A stretch of DNA of 64,000 bases, from NCBI GenBank assembly GCA_024679065.1, contig JAGIQG010000009.1, positions 64,046,001-64,110,000 of the forward strand, given 5' to 3'. Shown in pieces: positions 38,870 to 53,196 of the stretch. The translations under genes and the position numbers were made by a program. The notes under the pieces were generated by a model. It saw only the letters and a program-made list of their open reading frames with translations. It was not told the origin of the DNA and ran no database searches. Positions within the stretch are counted from its first letter, which is position 1, and each line of letters begins with the position of its first letter. This DNA comes from Sphyrna mokarran. Lineage: Eukaryota.

Positions 38870-39300
38870 ATAGATATGCATTTATATAGTATCTTTCATG
38901 ACCAGAGGTCATTCCAAAGAGCTTTGCTGCCAAGTAACTACTATTGAGGTGTAGCCAATGTTGTAATGGAGGAAATGTGGCAGCAAGTTTGCATATAGCA
39001 AACTCCCCTCCCAAAAATAACAGTGTTGTAATGACAATTTGTTTTTGTGATGTTGATGGTGTGATAAATATTAGATAGTTACTGCAGATAACTCCACAAC
39101 TTCTCTTTGAGCTCACTTGAGAGACCAGATGGGTCCTTGGTTTAATGGCTGACCTGAAAGTTGGCGCCTCTGACAGTGAAGAATGCTTTCTGCCAGGGAC
39201 TGGGGTGTCAGCTCTGATTTTTATATTCTACGTGTAGAGTGGGACTCAAATTCACAATCTGCTGACACAGAGGTGAGAGTGCTATTAAATGAGTCACAGC
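38870..39300 (-). mobile_element. DeuSINE / SacSINE1-like element
   Basis: Reverse complement is collinear with 27125-27565 (gcatttatatag tail, ggaaatgtggcagcaagtttgcatatagca core, gtgggactcaaattcacaatc head). Confidence 0.7.
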
Positions 39301-39705
39301 TGACAAGCAATAAAAAGTATATGATAGTCCAAGGTGTGAATTGTGCATGCCTACATAAAAGTAGCCACTGCGTCCCAAATGTACTTCAGAGCATTGTGTG
39401 ATATACATCAATACAAATTCAGTTTAGTAAATTTAAAAAGACAGATCTTTTTGGTGATATCTTTAACTTTTTATGGCTATCTGCATTTGTTAGTTTATAA
39501 TCCTCCAAGCTTCACCAGCTTTGGATCAGTGTTTCTATTTTAACCTCAGCATCAAGTATTGAGTACAAGCCCACATCAGAAACCTGAGCCTGTTATCACA
39601 AACACCGTATATTTGTTTTCTTATTGTATGTAATCTGTATTTTTGTATAGAAAGAGATGTGTCGTTTATTACGCTTTGAGTGTGAATTTCAATTAAGTTG
39701 GAGTA

Positions 39706-39982
39706 AGCAGTTAGCATCGCGCCAGGGATCCAGGTTAAATTCTGGCCTTGGGTAACTATCTATGTAGAGTTTGCACATTCATCCTATGTTTGCGTGGTTT
39801 TCCTCCAGGAGCTCCGGTTTCCTCTCTCAGTCCAAAGATGTACGGGTTAGGTTGATAAGCCTATGGCCATAATAAATTGCTCCTTAGTAGGGTAAATGCA
39901 TGAGGTTACGGGGATAGGGCCTGGGTGGGATTGTTGTTAGTGCAGGTTCAATGGGTCAAATGGGCTCCTTCTGTACTGTATG
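39706..39982 (+). mobile_element. HE1-like V-SINE
   Basis: gcagttagcatcgcgccagggatccaggtt, V-domain, tail ccttctgtactgtatga. Confidence 0.75.
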
Positions 39983-40829
39983 AAATAATTCAGCAGCAAG
40001 CTTTGCTGAGTTTAAAGTAAAGGTTATTCATTCTCACATGCTTTCCCTAAATTAAATGCAATATCATACGTACTCCGTCTCACTCATTTACCCACAAACT
40101 CAAAGATTGAACACAGATGAAGGTCATACATTTTCACAGATTACAGTTTTTGATTTATATCTTCAGTTTTGAATGCCACAGTCTTGTGGTGCTTTGAGTG
40201 GTTTGATGTTTAAAGTTGGAGTGAAGACCTTTTAAAACAAAGGTTTCATAGCAAGTTGTGATATTTCTTGTAGTCAAGTTGCTGAGAGGTTGGCCCTTAG
40301 GTAAAATTCAAACTGAAACAGGATGTGTATTTGGCTGCCTGATGTGTTGCTGCTTATTTTCAACCCTAGTTCAAAGACTGTCTGAACTGATGCTCCTGAT
40401 GGCCTTGGTGAAACTGCCCGAAAACAGCACATAGCTGATCTTTTAAACAGATAAATACAACCTGGCTATATCTGTGTGGCTTTTCCTAAATTCAGAGTCT
40501 TTCACTCTGCATGTTGACATAAACTTCTAGATTACCATTACCAGATTAGTGGTGCTTGATGATTTCATGACTTTCTATTATCATAGTATGCTACTTTCCA
40601 TTTTACAGTTTTATTGACAGTTCCATTGGTTATAAACTCTTTGATGTGGAATTATGAACTCCAATATTCCTTTTTATAATGGGCTTAAGAATTTGAATGA
40701 GTTTTTTTATACAGATATAGTTAAAGAATGTAAATATAATTTCTTTAAAATGTTTTTTAAAAGAGAAGTCTGCAATAGACAGTTAGAACTTTATTTAATC
40801 CCAATATGGTTTCTGATGTCTATGTATGG

Positions 40830-41160
40830 TGGATGCTATTAGTTGGCATGGTGGATGTAAGGAAAAAGAATGATGGCAGGGGGCATAGGTTGGTGCTAAG
40901 TTGGCATAAAGGCTGTGAAAGGTCATTGAGATAGATAGAAGTGAATAGTTGTAATGTAGAGTTTGAGGGATAGAGGAGCATACATTGGCATAGAGGGTAT
41001 GAGGAACCATGGAGGGGGATATAGAGGCATTGGTTGGATGGAGGACATGAGGGGTTACAGGGTTGGATGGAGGATCATAGATTGGCATAGAGGCTCTGAG
41101 TGACCATGGTGGAGTAGAGAGTGTAGGGGGTTGAAGAGATGTAATGCTGGAGCACAGAGG
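40830..41160 (+). repeat. Degenerate purine-rich tandem repeat (ttggcatagagg-like units)
   Basis: ttggcatggtgg, gggcataggttgg, ttggcataaagg, ttggcatagagg recur with irregular spacing. Confidence 0.5.
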
Positions 41161-41894
41161 TCCAACCAGCGACCTCATTTGGCAGCCCACTTATTCATTC
41201 TAGGGGGTCTTGGGCCTGATTGCTTGGGAAACTTGCCACTCGAGAATAAAAATTTAACCTTCCAAGGCACTTTCTCGGGTTGACTTTGTGGAGCTGGGAC
41301 TGCACTTTTTCAGGTCAAGGTGACTTTTTATCAGTCTTCAATTGATGTCACAACAAGCATGTTTCAGGAGAGCCATTGGATAATGAATAAAAAGAGTAGA
41401 AAACATGCAAAAATATCAGCCAGTGAATTTTACTGATCGTGATTACTGATTAAATAGGACTTCATATTATGGATTGTCTGTTGAAAATGAGGTAACTGCT
41501 GGAAATCTGGCATGTTTCTTGGCAGATAATGATGCACAAATTAGGATAGATGTCATTTAATCTTTCATTTTGGTTTATAATCAAGTTTTTAAAACTGCGT
41601 ATTACCTGTATAAATATGATTAGTAATTAACTGAAATATTTTGCTTTCGAGAATTAGATTGTAATTCAGATGAGCAAGCGTCAGAAACGAATTGATGGAT
41701 TTCGTGTGATCATTTTCAGATCAGCACCATGGGAAGCATTTAGGCAACTAACTGGAACTAAGCAGACTCAAACCAGGTGAAATGCAAATACATCCGTGTA
41801 TATGTGTTTTAATAATGTTATTATTAAGCTGCTCTCAATTTATTTTAGATTCTGAAACTATTTTCAGATATTTTTCTGCTGCTATATTTTTCAG

Positions 41895-42044
41895 GGATGG
41901 CCACCAATCCCATGAACAGTGGCAAAAAATGTATGGCAAGTGCTCAGGCAATGAAGTCTATCACATTAAAATGGAAGAAAGCACATTCTTCACAGAATAT
42001 GAGGGGAAAAGCTTTACTTACACTTCCTTTCATGCACATAAAAA
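41895..42044 (+). CDS. KCNT2: KCNT2 exon G
   Basis: ttttcAG|G, AA|GTGAGA; 150 nt, phase 2-2. [49 protein letters not shown](K). Possible in-frame alternative acceptor at 41868. Confidence 0.93.
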
Positions 42045-42139
42045 GTGAGAATTTTAATCATCACCCTTTTGAAAGTGCAATATTTGTTTTGCTTAGTTTG
42101 GTAACTTACAACCAGCACACATTTCATATTTCATACAAA

Positions 42140-43300
42140 TATTGAACAGGAGTAGCCATTGATCTGCTTGGGCTTCCTCTGTGATTTGGTAAGATCATGG
42201 ATGACCTAATCTTGTCTCAATTCTCTATTATAGCTATTGACTCCCTTGTTAATCTATTATCTATCCAATCAAACTTAAAAATATTTGATGTCCCTGTCTG
42301 GGGAAAAAACTTCCAAGCATTTACAACCCACTCAGAGAAAAAATAATATAGAACATAGAACAATACAGCACAAACAGGCCCTTTGGCCCACGAGTTGCGC
42401 CGATCACATCTACCAATCCACAGACCTATCTATAACCCCCTATCCTATTCTTTTCCATATACTCATCCAGAAGTCTTTTAAAAGACCCCAGTGAGTTTTC
42501 CTCAACAGCCTCCGACGGCAGTCAGTTCCATTCACTCACCACCCTCTGAGTGAAAAACCTACCCCTGACATCTCCTTTGTATTTGCTTCCCTGCACCTTA
42601 AATCTGTGTCCTCTCGTAGTGACCATTTCAGCTCAGAGAAATAGTCTCTGAGAGTCCACCCTATCTATTCCTCTCAACATTTTATAAACCTCTATCAGGT
42701 CGCCTCTCAACCTACGTTTCTCCAGGGAGAAGAGTCCCAGCTCCCTCAACCTATCTGCATAAGGCCTGCCTCCCAATCCAGGCAGCATCCTTGTAAATCT
42801 CCTCTGAACCCTCTCAATAGCCTCTACATCCTTCCTATAATGAGGCAACCAGAACTGCGCACAACACTCCAACTGCGGTATCTTCATCTCTGTCTTAAAT
42901 GGGAGGCCTCTTATTTTTAAACTGTATCTCATGTATCAAGTATCTCTCAAAGGGGGTGTATCCTCTCTGTATCCATCCTATCAATTCCCCTCAGGATCTT
43001 CTATGTTTCAGTAAGATCACCTCTCATTCTTCTACAGTCCAGTGGATACAGGCCTAACCTTTCCAACTGTTCCTCATAAGATAACTCAGGAATCATTAAG
43101 TGAACCTAATACAATGCTATCCTTTCTTGGATAAGGAGACCAAAGTTGTACACAGTATTCCAGACATGGTCTCACCAGTGCCCCGTCTCAAAACATCCCT
43201 ACTTTTATACTTGATTCCCTAAGAATAAATGCTAACATTCCATTTGCTTTCCTAATTACTTCTATACCTACATACCAACTTTTTTGTGACCCATGTACCA
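42140..43300 (-). mobile_element. Older CR1 fragment interrupted by a younger HER1-type CR1 (42347-42878)
   Basis: Inner copy starts with the tail tatagaacatagaac and encodes PQLECCAQFWLPHYRKDVEAIERVQRRFTRMLPGL. The outer copy resumes at ~42879 (YSLKIRGLPFKTEMK). Confidence 0.8.
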
Positions 43301-43906
43301 GACATCCAGATTGTTTCAAACTCTTTTCAGTTAAACAATGGCTGGGATTCCCCCAAAAAAGTTCTAAGCTTCCAACATGTGGGAAAATGGAGTAAATCCC
43401 ACTGCTTTCTTTCGTGTGATTCCCAGAATGAATGTCCTACACTCTGTGCATTGCAGAGCATCTCATGTGAATCCCTCTGGAAATCTGTGGGTGGGGACTA
43501 TTCCCACCTGAGAGGCAGGCAGCATAGTGCTGAGCGGGGCACTGCACATGTATCAGTTTATCATCTTGGAGATCAGCGCATGCGCAGTGACCTTCATCGC
43601 TGGCCAGCCTGATTACTGGCCTTCTGCTTACCCCTTCTTCCCCTACCCACCCACCGATTGCTGGCCTCCCAGACTTCCCCGGGCCAATACTAGATTCACA
43701 AACAGCATCGTTATCACAAATGACCATCATTACTGGATAATCTGTTTTTGTGATGTTAATCATGGGATAAATATTATCAGGGTACTTGGTTTCAGTTTCA
43801 CAACCTCAATTTCTTATTTGTCATGTGAATTAATAGTGCACTACTGTGAAAAATACTGGAATACAAAGTTGCCAGGTACATGAACAGACATATGTCTAAC
43901 CTGTCA

Positions 43907-43925
43907 TGTGTGTGTGTGTGTGTGT
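43907..43925. repeat. (TG)n microsatellite
   Basis: tgtgtgtgtgtgtgtgt run read directly. Confidence 0.9.
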
Positions 43926-44403
43926 ACTCAAGATACACCTAAAACTGATTGTTTTTTTTATTAAGTGGATATGTACAATTTAATTTCATTTCTCTGAGTT
44001 CCACATTTGGTTTCCCGCTAATCATACTTATCTTGACATAAAGTTTTCTTTTGTCTATCTCAGAATATTGTATCTAAGAATATTTCCTTTCACACATGCA
44101 CTTTGAAAGTTGGTCTGCAATTTTCCATTATCTTTTTTCTTTTGTGAATATATTGAATCTAATGCAAAACAAATTATTCGAATATCAAATTCTACAAAGC
44201 TTTAAGCAACCTAACTATAATAAATAAAACAAATTTAAGTCAAAGAGATGTCAGTTTGTACGTAACCTTAAATCTTAGGGTTCAATGTTTCAATTCTTTG
44301 AAAGAAAATAGAAGGAACAGTTAAAATGTGCATGGGAAAGTAATTTGTACTTGTGAGCATGAATCCCATGATCTTTTGAACATCTTCTTATGATCATGTT
44401 TAG

Positions 44404-44633
44404 GTATGGAGCCTGCCTGATTGGTGTGAAGAGGGAAGAGAACAAAAATATTTTGCTTAATCCAGGACCTCAGTATATCATGAGTTCCACAGACATCTGT
44501 TTTTATATTAACATTACCAAGGAAGAAAACTCAGCTTTTATAAAGCAAAATGAACAAAGCATAAATAGTATATCAAATACTATATATCATGGAGCTTCCA
44601 GATTACCTGTTCACAGCATCATTGCTAGTATGG
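44404..44633 (+). CDS. KCNT2: KCNT2 exon H
   Basis: gtttAG|G, G|GTAAGC; 230 nt. [45 protein letters not shown]...[16 protein letters not shown](G). Confidence 0.95.
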
Positions 44634-47431
44634 GTAAGCACAGCAATCAATGCAATCTACTGTTAATTGATCATTAAAAATGCAAGATCTGAGCTCCCTT
44701 GCTGAATTAGTTGGTTAATAATGTAAACAGCTGAGCACAACCAGTCTAGAAAGTTTAATCCATAGTCTGATCTCTGTTAGGATAGCAGCCAAGATACTTA
44801 GTACTTTTGGAGAATGCTACGCCAGTCATTCATTGTGTGTTGCCATATAAATTAACCAACAATGATGAGTTGAAAATTATCCAACTGTCGAAACAATTAA
44901 AATATTTCAATCACATTCATGCCATTGGGTAGCGGTTTCGAAAGAATACATTGAAGTGAATCTGCTGGCAATTGGAAGAGATTTCAATGGACTAATTGCT
45001 CAGTGGTAGTGTGGTATTAAACCACACAGATCAGAAGGGACATGGTTTGCTAAATTGGCACATAGCAGGCAGGACAGCAGTTGGAACACTACCATTGTCT
45101 CAGAGCTGAACCAGAAATAGAGCTGAAGAACAGCCAGGATTCATTCTCCTGCATGCTGTTCAGTGATCCCTGATGAAATATGAGGATGCTGGCTGTAGTG
45201 CCTTCCCTGATAAATAATCTGTCACATGCTTCCTTGGATGACATTGGTGAAGGATTGCTAATACCTATGGAATGGTAGCCGAGCAGAGATTATTGCCTTC
45301 AAATTAATTAAGATCACGTAATGAATTAATTATACTGACGTATGATGGATTACAGATATATTACTGGATCACAGGTCTATTACTACTTTTTTTAAGAAAA
45401 TGCTTTGTTCCAAACGTATGCCTAAGGTTTTTGCAGATGGTTTTCTATCATTGTTGCTAGATTTGCCATTTCGTAAACTTAGCAGGTATTCTGCCTGGTG
45501 TCAATTGAAATGCAGAAACTTACAAATTACAGATCACAGACACTCAGCAGGACAATTTCTTTGGCTACAATTTCCAGTGAGCAGTTACAGGCATTTGAAG
45601 AGATTCTACTGTCTATAACTGTGCCACTGACTTTACTAGGTAATGATTGTGGAGACTGGGTTGATTGGTCAACCACGGGGGTTGAGTCTGCGCCGCAGGA
45701 TTGCAGACTGCTTTAAATTACTGTTGCTGTCCTGCAAAAACAAATCAACCATCCAATATAAATACAGTAGCAGTATTTGATGAAATAGCTATTCTGAGAT
45801 CCCAGGAGCATGCATGTAATTTTACATTGAAATTGGGTTGAGGCATATATTTGAATATATGCAAATGTACTAGGGACAATTTTATGATACATTAGAAATT
45901 TAAGCAAATAAAAAATATTAACAGTGGATCATACAAAGACATTACATGTTGATTTCAGCTCAGGAATACCTCATAAATGGAGCATAACCAAACAAAATAT
46001 GAACAATAATCATTTACTCTGCATTTCCATTTATTATGTGCACTTCTAGTGGCAATCTGTACTTCTGCAATGAGATCATGTCACAAACAGCTGCAAGCTT
46101 CGTTTTAAAATTATCCTGGCATGCCATAATTTTGCCCATATGAGTTGTGTATTTGGAGATGCTTTTGAATGGGAAAGTGTAGTGAATAAATGAAATATAT
46201 GCTTTTCAATTATTTTCAAGGTATTTTGCTGTTTAGTTTTGGCTAGCAGTCATTATGTTAAATGTTACCTCAAAGAGCAGCAATGAGTCAATGATGTTGG
46301 TGTGGGACTCTTCAAAACAGCAGGTTTCCTTCACTAAGGGATAGCAATGGACCAGTTGAATTATCACTTTTATAATTAATGGTTTTTTAATCACAATATT
46401 TTTAAGATGAGTAAATTACCACAAAAAGATCTGAACTCAGAGGCCTGAAAAAATTCTTTGACCTTGCCTGTGACTGGGTTTTTCCGGTCCTGCTGCTACG
46501 ATTGGAGATATTGGCTGATCATCAAATTTTCTGTACTCACTGGCAGTGATAGCAGAGTGTGCATGACCAGCCAGATTCTCTGGATTACTCTTCCAGTAAC
46601 ATATCCATAATGCTACAGTGGCATAATATTGGGCTTGGATGATGCTTTGGATACAGTGAATGACGAAGAATCAGGAAGGTTTTACACACTATAATTATAA
46701 TCATTCATAGTAAGCATTCAGGCTGTTTTGTGTTGAGCATGAGAGGAAAAATAGAGTTAACTTTGTATCATACATTTGGTATTAATACAAAATTCAATAG
46801 ATTACCCTATTTTGCATGACCTTGATACACAATGCAATTTAAATTGGTGTTCATCACCCTTTTTACACCCGAAGCAGTTAATCTGGGTACTCAGCAGCTT
46901 TTCTGGAATACTTGCTTCACTAATCTTTATTAGCCCCATCTGAAAATATTGGTCATCCTGTAGAAAACGTAGCTCAAAACAGACCAAAATTTTCATCATG
47001 CTACATCAACAAAATTAAATATGCTGTTGAACTGCAGCATGCAATTTCCTTACCACAGCAGGATTCAACCAATGAACATCTATTAAATTGATTCCAGTTG
47101 AGATAGGAAGATTGATGGTCAGGTGCCTGACTTGCTCCAGATCAGAGGTTCTATTTGGAAAACCCATATAGGAATTTCTAGTTGTTACTTTTATTTTGCA
47201 GAATTGTGGCGTACTTGATCTATAGCTAATTGAAATTATTGTTGCAGTCTTTGGCTCAAATATTTTACTCAGAAAAACAATGGGTCAGATTATGATTAAA
47301 AATAAACCGGTGTCTAAATGTCGCACATTGCTATAAATGCACATAACAACCAAAAGCTTGTGGCAAGGAAAAGAGTGAGTCCATGAATTGCGAAAAGCCA
47401 CAAGTTGCTGGCTGACTTGTGTCAGTCTGCT

Positions 47432-47748
47432 GTTCATAGAATCCTACAATGCAGAAAAGGCTATTCAGCCCATCGAGTCTACACCAACCACCACCCCCCC
47501 AGGCTTTATCCTCATAATCCAACTTATTTATCCTGCCAACCCCCTGACACATCAGGGGCAATTTAACATGACCAATCAATTTAATCCGCACATCTTTGGA
47601 CTGTGGGAGGAAACCAGAGCTTCTGGAGGAAACCCACACAGGCACTGGGAGAACATGTAGATTCTGCAGAGACAGTGATCTGAAGCTGAAATTGAACCTG
47701 GATCTGTGGTGCTGTGAAGCAACGGTACTAACTACTGTGTCACCATGT
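47432..47748 (-). mobile_element. HE1-like V-SINE
   Basis: catagaatcctacaatgcag...ggactgtgggaggaaaccagag...ctaactactgtgtcaccatg. Confidence 0.78.
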
Positions 47749-48474
47749 TGATGTGTAAAAATGTTATCTGACACTGAACATCATCTCCCCTTCCCCAACC
47801 CATCATGATTCTCATGAAGTTCCTGGATTAGCACGTTAATTACCCATTACACGTGCAACTGAAATTTACATCTAATAATAGTCAGCCTAAGTGCGCTTTT
47901 AATAGCGTGATAATTGTGAATGACTGCCATCTCTCTTCAACCTCTCTGGCCAGAAATTTCATTCTTTCAAGTTGTGGATTTAGAATTGCTGATTTTTTTG
48001 TTTGCATGGCCCTTTCCTTTGTTTCTTTCTTTTTCGCTCAAATCAATGTCTTTTTCCCTTTTGTTTCCCTTTCTGTACTATATTTGACATTTAAGTTATT
48101 AGCACTATTTCATTCTCCTTCTCAGGCCTTTCTCTAATCCTTTTATCTCATTGATTAAGGGGGTACACTGTTTCTTCCATTTTTCACCAATGTCCCTAAT
48201 ATCTTATTGCCTTTGCTATGTCATTATCAGCTCGCATTTCCAGTAACTTCTTGGGTAAAGTAAAAATTAAATTATAGACTTAACTAAGTGTAAGATATCC
48301 TACTCTGCCATGTAGCCCGGCATCATCAGTGCATTACATATCAAATCTGACAGAATTGCCATATTAAGATCATTTAAGATTAAAATGAGATCAATGTTTA
48401 TACACTATAGAAATACTTTAATGACCAATATTAATGAATTTGTCAGTTGTTTTAATATTATTCATTACTTTTAG

Positions 48475-48691
48475 GCACAGTAGCCATAGACCTCCAAGAT
48501 ACAAGGTGTAGACCTCCAACTGGTCCTACCTTGACTCTTCCTTCAGGTGGAGGTAAAGAAAGTAGAAGGCCCAGCATTGCTCCTGTTTTAGAAGTAGCAG
48601 ATGTTTCATCTATTCAAGCCTGTGACCTCCTAAGTGACCACTCAGAGGATGAAACGAATCATTCTGATGAGGAAGCATCATCAGCACCTGA
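48475..48691 (+). CDS. KCNT2: KCNT2 exon I (RCK1-RCK2 linker)
   Basis: ttttAG|GC, GA|GTAAGG; 217 nt. [71 protein letters not shown](E). Confidence 0.93.
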
Positions 48692-50479
48692 GTAAGGATC
48701 CATGAGTTCTGAAATGTGTGGTTTGGTTTTACTAATTATATTTGAATTGATATTATTTAACCAAAGGCTACATATGTTTTTAGAGAAAAGTGGTGAGCTA
48801 TATGTATGAAAATTTGTAGTTAGCGTATTGGACTGGTTAACATAAACTAATATTTGACATTCTCATTATGAAAAAAGCATAGTATTAACTAATATGTCTC
48901 TTCTTGCATACTGCTGGTATAAAAAAAGTGGTCACTAATTCTTCTGTTATTTCATACCTGCTATTCTGTAGCCTGGCCTGTTCAGTTCATTCATATCTTG
49001 AAACTATATAGAAGGGGATGTTGCAAATAAAAATGTTGCATGATTTGTTTACAACTATCAAATACACTTCAAATCATCCACTGTAAATACAAATAAACAT
49101 ACATATTCACATATAACTGGGCATATTACAATTTGTACAGTTTAGAACATAATCAGAATCAAACAGTTCAATATTGTATTAATAATTGAAGTATAAAATT
49201 GCTTCTAATTAGTCATGTGCCCAGGATTAACTTTATCCAGTTTAGCAAGCTTACAACTGGATTTTATAAACATAGCAACAAATATTGGTTAGAATCACAA
49301 CTTGCTTCTTAGATTTAAATGGTAGCATTTTGCGCCCATGTGATGATCTCACTGAGAAAGACTGATAGTTCCAGCCTTTTAGTGTTCTCACAAAAGACAT
49401 CAAAGCTATTACAGTCATTAGCTAAACTGTCAAACATGCTGGGGAGCTATGGTAAGGAAAGCTTTTCCTCTCAGAGAATCTTGCTTCACTCCTAACCAGT
49501 GACTTGACTGTGTCTTCAGCATCTTGATGAGTCATTTTCTCCTTTGATGTGGAAGCAAAGGAAACAACAGCCTGCAATTTCAGACAAAGGGACAATTTGT
49601 TTTTACGTGTAAGTAACAGAAGGATTAAAAATTTATCATGGAGAGAAAAAAACGAACACCTGACTCAAATTTTTATTGGGAGATATTTGCCCACTGCATC
49701 ATTTTAAAATTTAAATGAATCTTTCTCCTTTTAACTCATTTCGAAATCTCATCTGGCCAGTATTAATTATGGCCTGAACTTTTCTGGAGAGGAAGAACTA
49801 CTTCATAAATTTCCACAAGTTTGGGGGACAATATGTGCCACTCTACTGTTAGTCTCACCGAACCTCCCAGTGAGTTCAAGAAATTGCTGCATTTGCACAT
49901 TCATTGCCAGTTAAACAAGCTGGAGAAAATTAGGTTTGTATTAGTAACTTCTTAATGACATGATTTCAATTCCTGCATTGTAAATGTATCTCCAGCGGAG
50001 ATTTTTAAAATTTTAAATTAGCTTTTTTCTTCTTCCCTTCTGTTCTGGTCTTTTGTTTTTGATTCTTCCTTTCACTTTCCATTCTTAACTCCAGTTCATT
50101 GGTTTTCTTTTTCTGTTGGTCTCATTTCTTTTTCAGTCCTGAAAGCTCATTGGTGAAGGAGATGGATTGTTGAGTCTCATCATTTACCAGTGTCCAGATG
50201 CCCTGTTGCTCTCACTGCACTTTTATCAGATTGCATTTCCAGGAATTTGTAGGGCCAAACTTTTTTTTCGAGCTGTTATCTCGACTTATCTTGACTTTGC
50301 ACTTTGGGATGTCCCTGTGTAATGAAAAGACTTATAACACTGTTTTTCTCATATAATAAATTGGATAGACAAACTTGTTCTACAGGTTTGTACCAATGCC
50401 TTTCTTATACAAATTGGTCCTTCTAATATAAAATTTTTTATAGCAACAAAACACGTAAACTGTATTCAGCATACTTAAA

Positions 50480-51040
50480 TCCTAGAACCTTATAGCAAGG
50501 GGATGGGTGGAGGGTTGCAATTCAGCCCATCATACCTCCACTAGTCTTTGGCAAGAGCTGTTCAATTTAATCCCACAATCATGCAAGTAGCCTTTTAGCG
50601 GTTGCTGTAAATTTGATGCCACTGTTTTTCAGATAATGTTTTTCAGAGCTTCAGAACTCTGTCTGAAGAAATTTCTCTGCATTTCCCTTCTAGTTCTTCC
50701 ACCAATTATTTTAAAGCTATGACTGTTGATTATTAAACTACTTGTTGGAGGAAATTGTTTTTCCTTATTTGCTTTATCTGAGAGGCCTTTATAATTTTAA
50801 ATACTTCTGCAAGTCTCTCCTTAATTTTTCATGATCTAGGCAGATTAATTCTCAGTTTCAATCTTACCACGTAACTGAACTCCATCATCCCTGTTATCAT
50901 CCTGGTAAATCTCCCTTGCACCCTGTCCAAGGTGTTAACATCCTTCGTACAATGTGTTGTCCAGAATTATATGTAAAACTTTAACTGAAGCCTAAGCCAA
51001 ACTACGTAAAAGGTTTAATATGACTCTCTGCTTTTGTATT
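50480..51040 (-). mobile_element. Old CR1 3' fragment
   Basis: atcctggtaaatctcccttgcaccctgtccaagg is the reverse of the LERVQRRFTRM region; heavily decayed. Confidence 0.55.
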
Positions 51041-52180
51041 CAATGGGCGGAATCTGACAAGAATTTGACAAAGTGGCAGTTCTGTGAGAAAACTGGTATG
51101 AAACTCTCCAACTCTTCTGGCCTGTTTTCTTGTCTGACCCTTTAACTGCAAAAAAAAGAATGGCTGAGGTGCGCCTTAGTCTGGTAAGGTGGGGACCCTT
51201 AGAACCAGTGGATCCAGCTCCACTGAGATTGGAGATTTTTAAAGGACAGAGAAACAAATATTTATCTCTTCCACCCCTGTCTCCAACATGGAGGTTTCTG
51301 TGCCTTGTGGCCCCTTGATCATCACTGGCATTCTCTCTTTCCCCTCCCCCCTCCCCCAATTATTGCCGACATCCTACACCTTATGTTTCGATTATCACTA
51401 GCATACTCCGCTCCACCGCTCCCATCATCGCCAGCAATCCTCACCCCACTTCTGATCATCACCAGCATGTCCTCATTTCCCCATTCCCCAGCATGGCTAG
51501 CATCCCAAGTCTTTCCATGTCTGCTTCATACCTCACCAAAAATAGATGAGTCCCTGCTTGTGACATTTCCCTCCAGGGCCCACCACGGCATTGCCCCTGG
51601 CACAGTATGGCGTTGTCGGGGACTATATTGACTTATGCACCTCTGGGGAGATACTTTTGACAGGTTCACGTCTGGGTGACTCCGGGTGATGTTACATTGG
51701 CAAGGTATGAAAATCTCATGGTTGGAACAGTAAAGGAGTTGGTAAACTGTTGGATGATTACTCTAAACCCCAAATAGTGATAATGGAAATCTATAGGAAA
51801 CGTAATAAGAGGATATGCCCCTGTGCTACTGTGCTAAATGATCTTCTGTTTCTCTATACAGTTGCATCTCTCATGTTGCCTTGGATTTGCTTCTGACTGC
51901 ACTGCCCTGAAGAGTTTTTCTCATTGAATAATCCTTTCATGTAACATATTTGATTATTTTAAACAAATAAACTAAACTTAATGGCTAATTGTTAACATGA
52001 TTTGAAACAATTCCTTGAGCATTTACTGTAAAGTGTACCATAAGAATTTCACTTGCAGCATGTAAGTATCAGTATTATGCTGCACATAACAGGGAGTTTT
52101 ATTTACCAGATACAACAGGATTTGATATGAACGGGAAGATGAGTTGCTTATTCACTCGCATTTAGCACATTGGCATATAA

Positions 52181-52369
<189 letters not shown>

Positions 52370-52802
52370 TGAATTCAGGTGCTGTTTCTCATCTCTGCAA
52401 AGCCATTACGGAATATATTTATTTCATGAATAGGGCATCAGGATTTTTTTTAAAAAAATAATGTTTTTATACAGACATTTGCAAAGTCATAAATACACGC
52501 CAGTTTGAAATAATCAGAAAAACCAATTTTTCTGTTATCACATAATTTATCCACTATTGTTAACTGTTCAGCAACAAATAGAAATACCGTAGATTGCAGT
52601 GTATAAGTTGACCCAGTGTATAAGCTGCATGACTCCATTTTCTATTTTTGTCATCTTCCTGTAATATCTTTTATGTTAGTTTTTTTTAAACAGGAGTCAA
52701 GTTTTTGTCAGTAACAAATAAAAATTCATTTGACATTAGGAATATTCAAGTATGTACTTGTTTAAAAATTCAAATAAATACATTTGTTTTTTTTTCCTCT
52801 AG

Positions 52803-52976
<174 letters not shown>

Positions 52977-53196
52977 TAAGTCCTGCTACTTCCTTTCTAA
53001 TTCTTTAATGGATTGCAAAAATACAGTAATTTCAAACTCAACAGAACAATCATCCAAGCTTTAATGAATTAAAAAATGGCTTCTTCAAGAATTGATAAAA
53101 CTTAATCAACCTGTAACTGTTGTGCAAAGAAATGTGACATTTTCATGTTATGCAAGTTATCCAAATTGTAAGGTAATGAAGAAGTAAACGTTGTGG

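Noticed and set aside
42633-42932. 99-aa CR1-like ORF
   Set aside because: Artefactual fusion across the junction of two nested CR1 copies.
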